Positions 23,754 through 31,322 of a stretch of 38,984 nt of DNA are shown here, piece after piece. Each line of letters begins with the position of its first letter. The first letter of the stretch is position 1. A program made the position numbers and the translations under genes. The DNA comes from an uncultured Bacilli bacterium (lineage in GTDB: Bacteria; Bacillota_I; Bacilli_A; RF39; UBA660): assembly GCA_949440065.1 (NCBI GenBank), contig CASRZP010000002.1, forward strand, positions 1 to 38,984. Direction: 5' to 3'. Under the pieces are notes generated by a model. That model saw only the letters and a program-made list of their open reading frames with translations, did no database searches and was not told the DNA's origin.

Positions 23754-25850
23754 GTGGCACATCTAGAATTTATTTCACAACTAGATAAAAAAGATTGTGG
23801 AATCACTTGTTTGTTAATGATTTTAAAATATTACGGTGGAGAAGCAAGTAGAGAGTATTTACGTTTACTCGCTCATCAAGATCAGTATGGTGTCAATGCT
23901 TTTTATTTAATTGATGCGGCAAATCATCTCGGTTTAGAAGGAAAAGGCATAACAGGTCCCTTAGAAGAAATGCCTTGTTCCTTTCTTCCTTGTATTGCTC
24001 ATGTTCATTTGAATGGATATGAACACTTTGTTGTTATTGAAAAAATTAACCATAAGAGTCAATATGTATATATTGTTGACCCTGCTAGAGGAAAACTAAA
24101 ATATAGTTTTAAGGAGTATCAAAAAATTTCAACTAATCAATATTTATGCTTTCGTCCAAAGGTAGCAAAACTGCCTGTGTTAAAAGAAGAAAAAAGGTTC
24201 TCACGTTTTTGTTTAAACTTTTTTGCTAGACAGTGGTATTTGATATTAGTAATTTTGTTTTGCATACTCCTAGCGTTTCTTTTAGAATTAATAGTAACGT
24301 ATCATTTTCAATGGATATTAGATTATGGTATAGCGTATCAAAAGAAAGCACTTCTTAGTTTTTTTCTTACCTTTGTCATTTTATTGATTATTTTTATTCG
24401 TGTCATTTACTTAATGAAAGAATATTTTATGAATCATCTTTTACAAAAATTTCAGCTTTTTATTAGTGAAAAGGTGATACACCACATCTTACACCTTCCC
24501 TTTCAATACCAACAGTATCATACAGCAGGAGAACTCATTTCTAAGTTTTCTTTTCTAGAGGATGTTCTTTATATTTGGTATCCTATAATGAATGGGATAA
24601 GTAGTAGTATTATTTTAGTTATCTTACTTATTTTATTAGGAAGAATACATCATTACTTTTTTTCTATTTTTCTTTTATTTATGATAGTTCAATTATTTAC
24701 AACAAAACTAGAAATTCCTATAGTTAGTAAGATGTTAAAAAAAACGAAGATGGAATTAACCTTATTAAATTCTAAGTTAACCGAATGTTTCTATGGATTG
24801 GGAACCATTAAGAATATGCATATAGAAGAAGATACCTTTGAAAAGTTAGATGTTTACTTAGGAAATTATTTAACCAAGGCAAAAAAGTTAAAAATGCGAC
24901 TAAAATTAATAGAAGAAGAAAAAAGTTTTATTCGTTTATTCATGGAACATTTGCTATTAACATTTGGAGGGTTTTTGCTACTACAACAAAAAATTACTTT
25001 ATCGCATTGGTTAATGGTATCTTTTTTATCCCGTCTAGCTATTAGTCAATGTGAGGTTCTATTGGATTTTCCTTCAAGGTGGGAAAATAGTAAAACTTCT
25101 TTTCAACAGTTAAATGACCTTCTTTCTATAGAAATAGAAGATTTTACTTTTGGTCTATCTACACTTCCTCTTTGTTTAAAAGGAAAAATACAATTGAACA
25201 AGTTTTCATTTTTCATTAGGAAAGATAAAGGATTATTTTATGATGTATCGTTAACTATCGATGAAGGAGATCGTATTGCTTTATTAGGATCATCAGGAAG
25301 TGGGAAGAGTACTTTATTAAAAATATTGATGCGTTATTATGAAGTTGCTCATCAAATGATTTATTTAGATAATCGTGATATTTTATCATATCCATTAGAA
25401 ATGATTAGAGAAAATATTTGTTATGTATCACAAGATGAAATGCTTTTTTCAGATACGGTATATCAAAATATTATGTTAAATCAAAAAATAGATTATGATG
25501 AATTTTTAATGATATGTAAAATTACTGAGGTAGATAGCATTGTATCTAGTAGTTTATTAGGATATCAATATAAAATAGAAGAAAATGGAATCAATCTATC
25601 TGGGGGAGAAAGACAAAGAATTATTTTAGCAAGAGCACTAGCGAAGAAGTCATGTATATATTTATTTGATGAATCTTTTAATCAATTAGATATTCATAGA
25701 GAAAGGAGAATCATGAAAGCGATTTTTAATTATTTAGAAGGAAAAACTATATTTGTTGTGTCGCACCGAAAAAACAACTTGGACCTATTTACACGAAGAT
25801 TGGTGTTAGATGATAAAAATATTATAGATGATTACTTATATTTCCATTGA
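23754..25850 (+). CDS. Bacteriocin ABC exporter with an N-terminal C39 peptidase domain (double-glycine leader processing)
   Basis: C39 motifs QLDKKDCGITCLLMILKYYGG and YEHFVVIEKI. TM domain present. Walker A GSSGSGKST, signature LSGGERQR, Walker B IYLFDES. GTG 23754 sits 9 nt after GGGAGGTG. Confidence 0.9.
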   Translation: MAHLEFISQLDKKDCGITCLLMILKYYGGEASREYLRLLAHQDQYGVNAFYLIDAANHLGLEGKGITGPLEEMPCSFLPCIAHVHLNGYEHFVVIEKINHKSQYVYIVDPARGKLKYSFKEYQKISTNQYLCFRPKVAKLPVLKEEKRFSRFCLNFFARQWYLILVILFCILLAFLLELIVTYHFQWILDYGIAYQKKALLSFFLTFVILLIIFIRVIYLMKEYFMNHLLQKFQLFISEKVIHHILHLPFQYQQYHTAGELISKFSFLEDVLYIWYPIMNGISSSIILVILLILLGRIHHYFFSIFLLFMIVQLFTTKLEIPIVSKMLKKTKMELTLLNSKLTECFYGLGTIKNMHIEEDTFEKLDVYLGNYLTKAKKLKMRLKLIEEEKSFIRLFMEHLLLTFGGFLLLQQKITLSHWLMVSFLSRLAISQCEVLLDFPSRWENSKTSFQQLNDLLSIEIEDFTFGLSTLPLCLKGKIQLNKFSFFIRKDKGLFYDVSLTIDEGDRIALLGSSGSGKSTLLKILMRYYEVAHQMIYLDNRDILSYPLEMIRENICYVSQDEMLFSDTVYQNIMLNQKIDYDEFLMICKITEVDSIVSSSLLGYQYKIEENGINLSGGERQRIILARALAKKSCIYLFDESFNQLDIHRERRIMKAIFNYLEGKTIFVVSHRKNNLDLFTRRLVLDDKNIIDDYLYFH

Positions 25851-26247
25851 TACTTGGAAAAAAAGAATAGAAAATCGTTTTTTCCTTCATTTCATTTCTC
25901 TCATGGTGTTATTGCTCATTCTTCTTGGTTTATTATTTTACTATTTAATGACGAAAGAGGTTTTGTTAACGAAATCAATTTCTGTTACTTCACTAGAGTC
26001 AGGATATTATCAGCTTCATGTTGATAATTTGGAATTAGCAAAATTAATGAATCAAGTTACTTTGTTAGATAAAGGGCAAGAAATTTCTTATCGCATTTTA
26101 AACGTTGTATTAACAGATGATAAAGAAAAACCACAGCAAGTAACAATATCTACTGTAAAAAAAATAGGAAATCAAACGGAAATGGTATTGATAAGAAAAA
26201 AATTATTGATGGTATTGATTGATAGTATAAAAGGAGGAACAACATGA
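25828..26247 (+). CDS. Short (139 aa) single-TM protein resembling the N-terminus of ComB/LcnD-type bacteriocin secretion accessory proteins
   Basis: Overlaps the ABC gene end by 23 nt and the first bacteriocin gene start (ATGA). W..R..NRFF.HFISLMVLLLILLGLLFYYLMTKEVLL resembles the accessory-protein N-terminal anchor, but the large periplasmic domain is missing. Confidence 0.5.
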   Translation: MITYISIDTWKKRIENRFFLHFISLMVLLLILLGLLFYYLMTKEVLLTKSISVTSLESGYYQLHVDNLELAKLMNQVTLLDKGQEISYRILNVVLTDDKEKPQQVTISTVKKIGNQTEMVLIRKKLLMVLIDSIKGGTT

Positions 26248-26387
26248 AATCTCTTAATCAAGAATCACTAAAAAATATGAAAGGAGGATTTTCTATATGG
26301 GCTGGAGTTGGCATTGGTGCTTTAATCATCTTCTTATCAGGAGTAGTTGATGGCATTGTGCATCCTAAGGCTTGTACAGAAAAATAA
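26244..26387 (+). CDS. Class II bacteriocin precursor with a double-glycine leader (peptide A); absent from the ORF track
   Basis: RBS AAAGGAGGAA 6 nt upstream. Translation is MKSLNQESLKNMKGG / FSIWAGVGIGALIIFLSGVVDGIVHPKACTEK. The leader has hydrophobic residues at -4, -7 and -12 and GG at -2/-1. The mature peptide is hydrophobic with GxxxG-type motifs. Confidence 0.8.
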   Translation: MKSLNQESLKNMKGGFSIWAGVGIGALIIFLSGVVDGIVHPKACTEK

Positions 26388-26392
26388 ACAAG

Positions 26393-26563
26393 ATGAAAAA
26401 ATTAAATGAAGAAGAATTACTTACGATAACAGGAGGAGCCAGCGTAACAGGATCTATTGTTAATGCAGTGTGCTCTATCTTTAAATTTATTTATGACGTA
26501 GGAAGGGATTTAGGTTCTTGTATACGTCGAATTGAAAAATCTTCTCTTTGTCCTTTAGAATAA
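26393..26563 (+). CDS. Class II bacteriocin precursor with a double-glycine leader (peptide B)
   Basis: MKKLNEEELLTITGG / ASVTGSIVNAVCSIFKFIYDVGRDLGSCIRRIEKSSLCPLE. This is a canonical leader with L-12, E-8, L-7, I-4 and GG. The mature peptide is 41 aa with 3 Cys. The track's start at 26372 is probably too early. Confidence 0.8.
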   Translation: MKKLNEEELLTITGGASVTGSIVNAVCSIFKFIYDVGRDLGSCIRRIEKSSLCPLE

Positions 26564-26613
26564 GACACATTTTTTAAAGGTTTGCATTTACTATCAATAA
26601 GGAGGTATTATCG

Positions 26614-26919
26614 TTGGAAGAGGAGTTAATGTTAGAAATTATTGCTAGTGAGCTAGGTTTACCTGTTTATAATAAGTGGATGGAACAGTTAACAAAGGAC
26701 GCACTTTTCTATGATGATTTATATCAAAAAACATTTAAGTTACCAAAAGAAGAACAACTAAAAATGATGAAAAAGGCTATAGCTAGAGTAGAGAAAAATT
26801 CAAGAATTTATCAAAATGCGTTAGAAAAAATGGAAACTTGGATAGAGTATTCTTATTTAGCAAGTTATGAAGACCCTTTGGCAACAATTGCTAGAAAAAA
26901 AGAAAAAATGAAAAAATAA
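26614..26919 (+). CDS. Soluble helical ~100-aa protein, candidate bacteriocin immunity protein
   Basis: TTG 26614 sits 8 nt after AGGAGG. No TM segment, predicted helical and K/E-rich. Its position right after the bacteriocin genes and its size match the four-helix-bundle immunity proteins of class II loci. Confidence 0.4.
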   Translation: MEEELMLEIIASELGLPVYNKWMEQLTKDALFYDDLYQKTFKLPKEEQLKMMKKAIARVEKNSRIYQNALEKMETWIEYSYLASYEDPLATIARKKEKMKK

Positions 26920-26940
26920 GTGGGAAATAAACGATTTTTG

Positions 26941-26969
26941 TTGAAAATACTTGGTGATTATGTTATAAT
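26941..26969 (+). promoter_or_regulatory. Sigma-A promoter of rpsU
   Basis: TTGAAA (26941-26946), 17-nt spacer, TATAAT (26964-26969), with TG at -15/-14. Confidence 0.75.
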
Positions 26970-27001
26970 CTATTTTAGGAAAAGCGAAGGGAGGGATTAG
27001 A

Positions 27002-27205
27002 ATGACACAAGTAACTGTTCGTAACGGGAATTTAGATATGGCGTTAAGAAAATTGAAACAAAAAGTGAATAAGGATGGACTCCCTTCTGAGTGCAGAAAA
27101 AGAGAATGTTATGATAAACCAGGTGTACGTAGAAGAAATGCAAAAAAAGAAGGCATAAAAAATGCTCGCAAAAGAAACAAAAACAATCGTAGAAAAGAAG
27201 ATTAA
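27002..27205 (+). CDS. rpsU: 30S ribosomal protein S21
   Basis: V.V.....L..ALR.LK......G.....RKRE.Y.KPGVRRR pattern, basic tail, 67 aa, RBS GGGAGGGA. Confidence 0.9.
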   Translation: MTQVTVRNGNLDMALRKLKQKVNKDGLPSECRKRECYDKPGVRRRNAKKEGIKNARKRNKNNRRKED

Positions 27206-27294
27206 TCATTAAGAAAAAGCGCAAGTAAACCTTGTGTTTTTTCTTGCTTAGCGATTTATCGTGTGCTATACTATAGAGCAAGAAGGTGAAAGAA

Positions 27295-27738
27295 ATGAAT
27301 TTAGTAGAAAAAATATCAAGTGATATGGTTAGTGCGATGAAAAGTCAAGATAAGGAACGTCTTACTGTTCTTAGAATGATAAAAGCAGCAATGCAGATGG
27401 AACATATTGATAAAAAAAGAGAACTTAATGATGAATTGGTCATTGATGTGGTTAATAAACAAGTAAAGATGCGCCAAGATTCCATTATTGAATTTGAAAA
27501 AGGAAATCGTAGTGATTTAATTGAAAAAACTGAAGGAGAGTTAGCCATATTAAAAGATTATCTTCCTACACCATTAGAGGAAAATGAAGTATTAGCCATT
27601 ATTGATGAAGCCTTTAACCTAGTTAAACCAGTAGATAGTAAAGATATGGGAAAAATCATGAAGGAAGTTACCCCTAAATTAAAAGGTAGAACGGATATGG
27701 GAAAGGTTAGTCAAATCATTAAAGAAAAATTAAGCTAA
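27295..27738 (+). CDS. yqeY: GatB/YqeY-domain protein
   Basis: MNLVEKISSDMVSAMKSQDKERLTVLRMIKAAMQ...LSD..E...V.K.VK.R.DSI.EF....R.DL...E..E..ILK.YLP is the typical YqeY pattern. Synteny with rpsU. ATG 27295 follows GAAGGTGA. Confidence 0.9.
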   Translation: MNLVEKISSDMVSAMKSQDKERLTVLRMIKAAMQMEHIDKKRELNDELVIDVVNKQVKMRQDSIIEFEKGNRSDLIEKTEGELAILKDYLPTPLEENEVLAIIDEAFNLVKPVDSKDMGKIMKEVTPKLKGRTDMGKVSQIIKEKLS

Positions 27739-27758
27739 AGAGAAAATCTTTAGTTTTT
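27735..27758 (+). terminator. Rho-independent terminator
   Basis: CTAAAGA-gaaaa-TCTTTAG hairpin followed by TTTTT. Nearly the same hairpin recurs at 28294 and 28951. Confidence 0.75.
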
Positions 27759-27833
27759 AAATGGTCAAATAAGTTGATAAAGAAAAAGGAATATGATATA
27801 TTGTTAATAAGAAAATCGTAGTAGGAGAGAAAA

Positions 27834-28271
27834 ATGAAAAGAAAAATATTTTATGGGGTCATCTTTATTTTAGGAATAGCTTTAATGGTAGCAAGAGAAT
27901 ATGAAAGAAACAATTTTAATCATTTAAAACTTGCAGATGATACGATATCTATGGAAATAAAAGAAGGAACGTTAACGAATAAGGGTGCTACGGTGATAAT
28001 CACGGATAAGTCTAAAAAAAAGAATATTTATGATGGAGGTTTTTTGATTTATAAAAAAGGAATAGGTAGATGGCTGGCATTACCTTCTAAAGAACAATGG
28101 GTTAACGCCATAGGTTATCGTACAGACGAAAATGGTAAATTAGAATTTGATTGTAATTGGGAATGGTGGTATGGAAAATTAAAAAAAGGGACATATCGCT
28201 TAGTCAAAAGTGTTATTATAGCTGAAGAATGGACAGAAAAAAATGTTTATGTAGAATTTGAAATAAAATAA
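27834..28271 (+). CDS. Small TM-anchored/exported beta-rich protein, paralog 1 of 3
   Basis: N-terminal hydrophobic segment. The core MEIKEGTLTNKGATVIITDKS...IYKK..G.W.....K..WV...GY..DENGKLE..C.......LKKGTYRL.K........KNVYVEFEIK is shared with 28506 and 29162. Promoter TTGATA-17-TATATT upstream. Confidence 0.7.
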   Translation: MKRKIFYGVIFILGIALMVAREYERNNFNHLKLADDTISMEIKEGTLTNKGATVIITDKSKKKNIYDGGFLIYKKGIGRWLALPSKEQWVNAIGYRTDENGKLEFDCNWEWWYGKLKKGTYRLVKSVIIAEEWTEKNVYVEFEIK

Positions 28272-28293
28272 AGTATCTTATATTTTATCATTA

Positions 28294-28321
28294 CTAAAGA
28301 AAATAATCTTTAGTTTTTTTA
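28294..28321 (+). terminator. Rho-independent terminator
   Basis: CTAAAGA-aaataa-TCTTTAG hairpin followed by T7. Confidence 0.75.
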
Positions 28322-28505
28322 TGTCATTTACATCAATTTTGAATTTTACGATTTTTTTCATCAAAATCATTGATAAAAGTCAAGTATTATGATATATTAA
28401 TCTTAAGTTAACTATCTTTGAAAACAACATGAAAATAAGGCTTTACAGTAATGTGTGTGACCTACTGATAATTCCCAAGTAAAAAGGAAAGAAAGGAGAC
28501 TTAAA

Positions 28506-28928
28506 ATGAAAAAAATGATTAGAATATTGTTTTTGGTTATTTTAGTATTTGCTGTATTATATGGTGTTTTAGTAATAAAGAGTAATCAAAAATTTGATAA
28601 AGTAGATAATACTTCGATGGAAATTAAAGAAGGTACTTTGACTAGTACTAGTGCTACAATTATTATTACGGATACATCATTAGAGAAATATGAATATGAT
28701 AATGTATTCATGATTTATAAAAAAAAGTTTGGCATATGGACCGCGGTTACAGAAAAAGTAAAATGGGTGAGTTCACCAGGTTATTATGTAGATGCTAATG
28801 GTAAGTTAGAAATGGAATGTGATTTTCACAAAAAAAAGTTAGATAAGGGTTTGTATAGATTGTCAAAATGGGGTTATTTAGCAGACGGAACAGCTAAAAA
28901 TGTTTATGTAGAATTTGAAATAAAATAA
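28506..28928 (+). CDS. Small TM-anchored/exported beta-rich protein, paralog 2
   Basis: RBS AAAGGAGA. Residues about 10-105 are identical to paralog 3. The C-terminal ~35 aa diverge (DFHKKKLDKG...GYLADGTAKNV versus NFPKQKLGKG...AYLKDGTVKNI). Confidence 0.75.
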   Translation: MKKMIRILFLVILVFAVLYGVLVIKSNQKFDKVDNTSMEIKEGTLTSTSATIIITDTSLEKYEYDNVFMIYKKKFGIWTAVTEKVKWVSSPGYYVDANGKLEMECDFHKKKLDKGLYRLSKWGYLADGTAKNVYVEFEIK

Positions 28929-28950
28929 AGTATCTTATATTTTATCATTG

Positions 28951-28977
28951 CTAAAGAAAATAATCTTTAGTTTTTTT
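28951..28977 (+). terminator. Rho-independent terminator
   Basis: CTAAAGA-aaataa-TCTTTAG hairpin followed by T7. Confidence 0.75.
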
Positions 28978-29161
28978 ATGTCATTTACGTCAATTTTAAA
29001 TTTTACGATTTTTTTCGTCAAAATAATTGATGATAGTCAAATATTATGATATATTAATTTTAAGTTAACCATCTAAAAAAACAACATAAAAATAAGGCTT
29101 TACAGTAATGTGTATGACCTACTGATAATTCCCAAGTGAAAGGGAAAAAAGGAGACTTAAA

Positions 29162-29584
29162 ATGAAAAAAAATATTAAAATATTATTTTTGGTTATTTTA
29201 GTATTTGCTGTATTATATGGTGTTTTAGTAATAAAGAGTAATCAAAAATTTGATAAAGTAGATAATACTTCGATGGAAATTAAAGAAGGTACTTTGACTA
29301 GTACTAGTGCTACAATTATTATTACGGATACATCATTAGAGAAATATGAATATGATAATGTATTCATGATTTATAAAAAAAAGTTTGGCATATGGACCGC
29401 GGTTACAGAAAAAGTAAAATGGGTAAGTTCACCAGGTTATTATGTAGATGCTAATGGTAAGTTAGAAATGGAATGCAACTTTCCTAAACAAAAATTGGGT
29501 AAGGGGTTGTATAGGTTATCAAAATGGGCGTATTTAAAAGATGGAACAGTTAAAAATATTTATGTAGAATTTGAAATCAAGTAA
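29162..29584 (+). CDS. Small TM-anchored/exported beta-rich protein, paralog 3
   Basis: See paralog 2. RBS AAAGGAGA. Confidence 0.75.
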   Translation: MKKNIKILFLVILVFAVLYGVLVIKSNQKFDKVDNTSMEIKEGTLTSTSATIIITDTSLEKYEYDNVFMIYKKKFGIWTAVTEKVKWVSSPGYYVDANGKLEMECNFPKQKLGKGLYRLSKWAYLKDGTVKNIYVEFEIK

Positions 29585-29612
29585 GTTTTAATTTTTATAT
29601 AATACTAAATTT

Positions 29613-29692
29613 GGTAACAATATAGAATTGCAAAATGCGTACGAATTGCAAATTATACATTTGTTATAGATAAAAAAATTATAGGAGGATGT
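29613..29692 (+). promoter_or_regulatory. Copy 2 of the duplicated ~80-bp 5' regulatory region; copy 1 is at 18191-18270
   Basis: GGTAACAATATAGAATTGCAAAATGCGTACGAATTGCAAATTATACATTTGTTATAGATAAAAAAATTATAGGAGGA. Contains the palindromic hexamers TTGCAA, CGTACG and TTGCAA. Confidence 0.6.
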
Positions 29693-30934
29693 ATGAAAAA
29701 AGTTATTAGCTTAGTGTTACTTTTTACTATTTTTCTCACTAATTTTACTGTTTTACCGGTAAATGCTGATACTAATGAAAGTAATACTAATGAAGTAAAA
29801 GTACTAGAAGATTTAATGAAAGATGAGAAGTTTAAAGAAACTTATGAAAATCACATGATAGAGCAATATGGAGAAAACTATCAAGCAAAATTACAAAAGA
29901 ATGATCTAGCTGTGAGAAATGCTGGCATCATTGAATCGCGTTTTAACAAGGATTCATCAGGAAAAAGGGTTTATCCTAGTTACATAGGTGGTTTGTATAT
30001 TGATGATGATGATAACTTGGTTATTCAAATTGTAGATAGCAATATTCCTGAAATTAAAAGTGAAAGCTATAAAAGTTATGAAAAAGTATTTACCGTAGAT
30101 GAGAACGCCAAAATAGAGTATGTTACTTATTCTTATGACGAATTGACAAAGTTACGCGATTACCTTTTGGATAATTATTTAGGAAAAATTGATAATTTTT
30201 CGGGCTTATATATTGATGAAAAATTAAATAAAGTAGTTGTTGAATTAATGGATTTATCTGATAAAAAAATAAAGGAATTTCAAGATAATGTATTATCATC
30301 TTCAATGATTACTTTTGATAAAGGAAAAACTTTTGTTAATGCACAAAATATCAACCCAGGCAATGGTTTTAAAACGCCAAGTGGTGGTGGATGTTCCTTT
30401 GGTTATAGAGCTAAAAATAGATATGACACAATAGGAATTGTTACTGCTGGACATTGTTTTTCATCAAGTGGTCAAAATGTTTCAGGTGTTGGATATGTAA
30501 GTAATTATTCTAATGATGGAATATTGGATGCAGCATTTATAACAACTGATTCAGGTGTTACACCAACAAATTTGATAGTAAATCCGCTTTTAGGTATGAC
30601 TACTTTAGGTACTACAGTAGAATACCCATTAAAAAAAGGGCAAGAAGTTATTAAGTATGGTGCAAGGACAGGTTTTTCTTCAAGTAGTATTAAAGAAGTT
30701 GACTATTCCTATACAGTTGGAGGAACAACTTATCGTAATTTAATTTTAACGGAGTTGTATGCTCTTGATGGGGATAGTGGTGGTATTGTATATCATCCAT
30801 CTAGTAATGAGAATACAACGGTAGGAATAATCAAAGCTATATTGATAAATAAAGATACAGAGGAATTTTTAGGGGAAACGGTAGTTGCCAAAGCACTTCT
30901 AATTAATAGTACATTTGGTTTATCTAGATATTAA
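29693..30934 (+). CDS. Secreted S1-family (chymotrypsin-fold, streptogrisin/alpha-lytic-like) serine protease with an N-terminal propeptide
   Basis: Signal peptide MKKVISLVLLFTIFLTNFTVLPVNA. Catalytic triad contexts are TAGHCF (His), LDAAFI (Asp) and GDSGG (Ser). The ~200-aa pro-region precedes the catalytic domain. Confidence 0.8.
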   Translation: MKKVISLVLLFTIFLTNFTVLPVNADTNESNTNEVKVLEDLMKDEKFKETYENHMIEQYGENYQAKLQKNDLAVRNAGIIESRFNKDSSGKRVYPSYIGGLYIDDDDNLVIQIVDSNIPEIKSESYKSYEKVFTVDENAKIEYVTYSYDELTKLRDYLLDNYLGKIDNFSGLYIDEKLNKVVVELMDLSDKKIKEFQDNVLSSSMITFDKGKTFVNAQNINPGNGFKTPSGGGCSFGYRAKNRYDTIGIVTAGHCFSSSGQNVSGVGYVSNYSNDGILDAAFITTDSGVTPTNLIVNPLLGMTTLGTTVEYPLKKGQEVIKYGARTGFSSSSIKEVDYSYTVGGTTYRNLILTELYALDGDSGGIVYHPSSNENTTVGIIKAILINKDTEEFLGETVVAKALLINSTFGLSRY

Positions 30935-30943
30935 GATGAAACG

Positions 30944-30977
30944 AAGAGACAAAAATATCGTTACTGTCTCTTTTTTT
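30944..30977 (+). terminator. Rho-independent terminator
   Basis: AAGAGAC-N15-GTCTCTT hairpin followed by T6. Confidence 0.7.
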
Positions 30978-31088
30978 ATAAAATAAATGTATTTTTTAAA
31001 ATTCCTTTCTATAATATTAATGAAGAGGTAAATATACTCTTTCGCATTTATTGAACAACTTTTTCATAAACTTTATTAGGTGAATAGG

Positions 31089-31322
31089 ATGATTAAAGAT
31101 TTACGAGATTATATCGATGATAAAAAGTTTCGATTGACGTTAACCGATGATAAATTACACTTAGTAAATTATGATAAAGTAGTGACAATCGATTCTACTT
31201 ATGTCTCTCTTCTATTAGAGAAAAAAGTCATCATGATTAAAGGAGAAAAACTGACTGTCTTAAAACTACTAGAGAAAGAACTCTTACTTTCTGGGATAAT
31301 CAGTAGCATTACGTTTGCTTAA
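31089..31322 (+). CDS. yqfC: Sporulation protein YqfC
   Basis: Small protein directly (TAATG overlap) upstream of yqfD. The pattern L....V.I.....V.L....V.I.G..L.......E.L.SG.I..I.F resembles YqfC. ATG 31089 sits 5 nt after AGGTGA. Confidence 0.7.
   Translation: MIKDLRDYIDDKKFRLTLTDDKLHLVNYDKVVTIDSTYVSLLLEKKVIMIKGEKLTVLKLLEKELLLSGIISSITFA

Larger units (their letters stand above)
28240..29584 (+). repeat. Direct tandem duplication, period 656 bp (gene, terminator, promoter and ~130-nt 5' UTR)
   Basis: ORFs at 28506 and 29162 are both 423 nt and offset by exactly 656 nt. The intergenic segments 28272-28505 and 28929-29161 are near-identical, and the unit begins in the last ~30 nt of the paralog-1 ORF. 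Confidence 0.85.

Noticed and set aside
26244-26563. Lanthipeptide or sactipeptide (RiPP) interpretation of the Cys-containing peptides
   Set aside because: There is no LanM/LanBC, radical-SAM or other modification enzyme in the locus. The GG leaders plus C39-ABC exporter fit unmodified class II bacteriocins.
21032-27000. Bounded integrative element at tRNA-Arg (att repeat plus integrase)
   Set aside because: No integrase or recombinase ORF is present, and I could not find a direct repeat of the tRNA 3' end by eye. It is treated only as a variable region.
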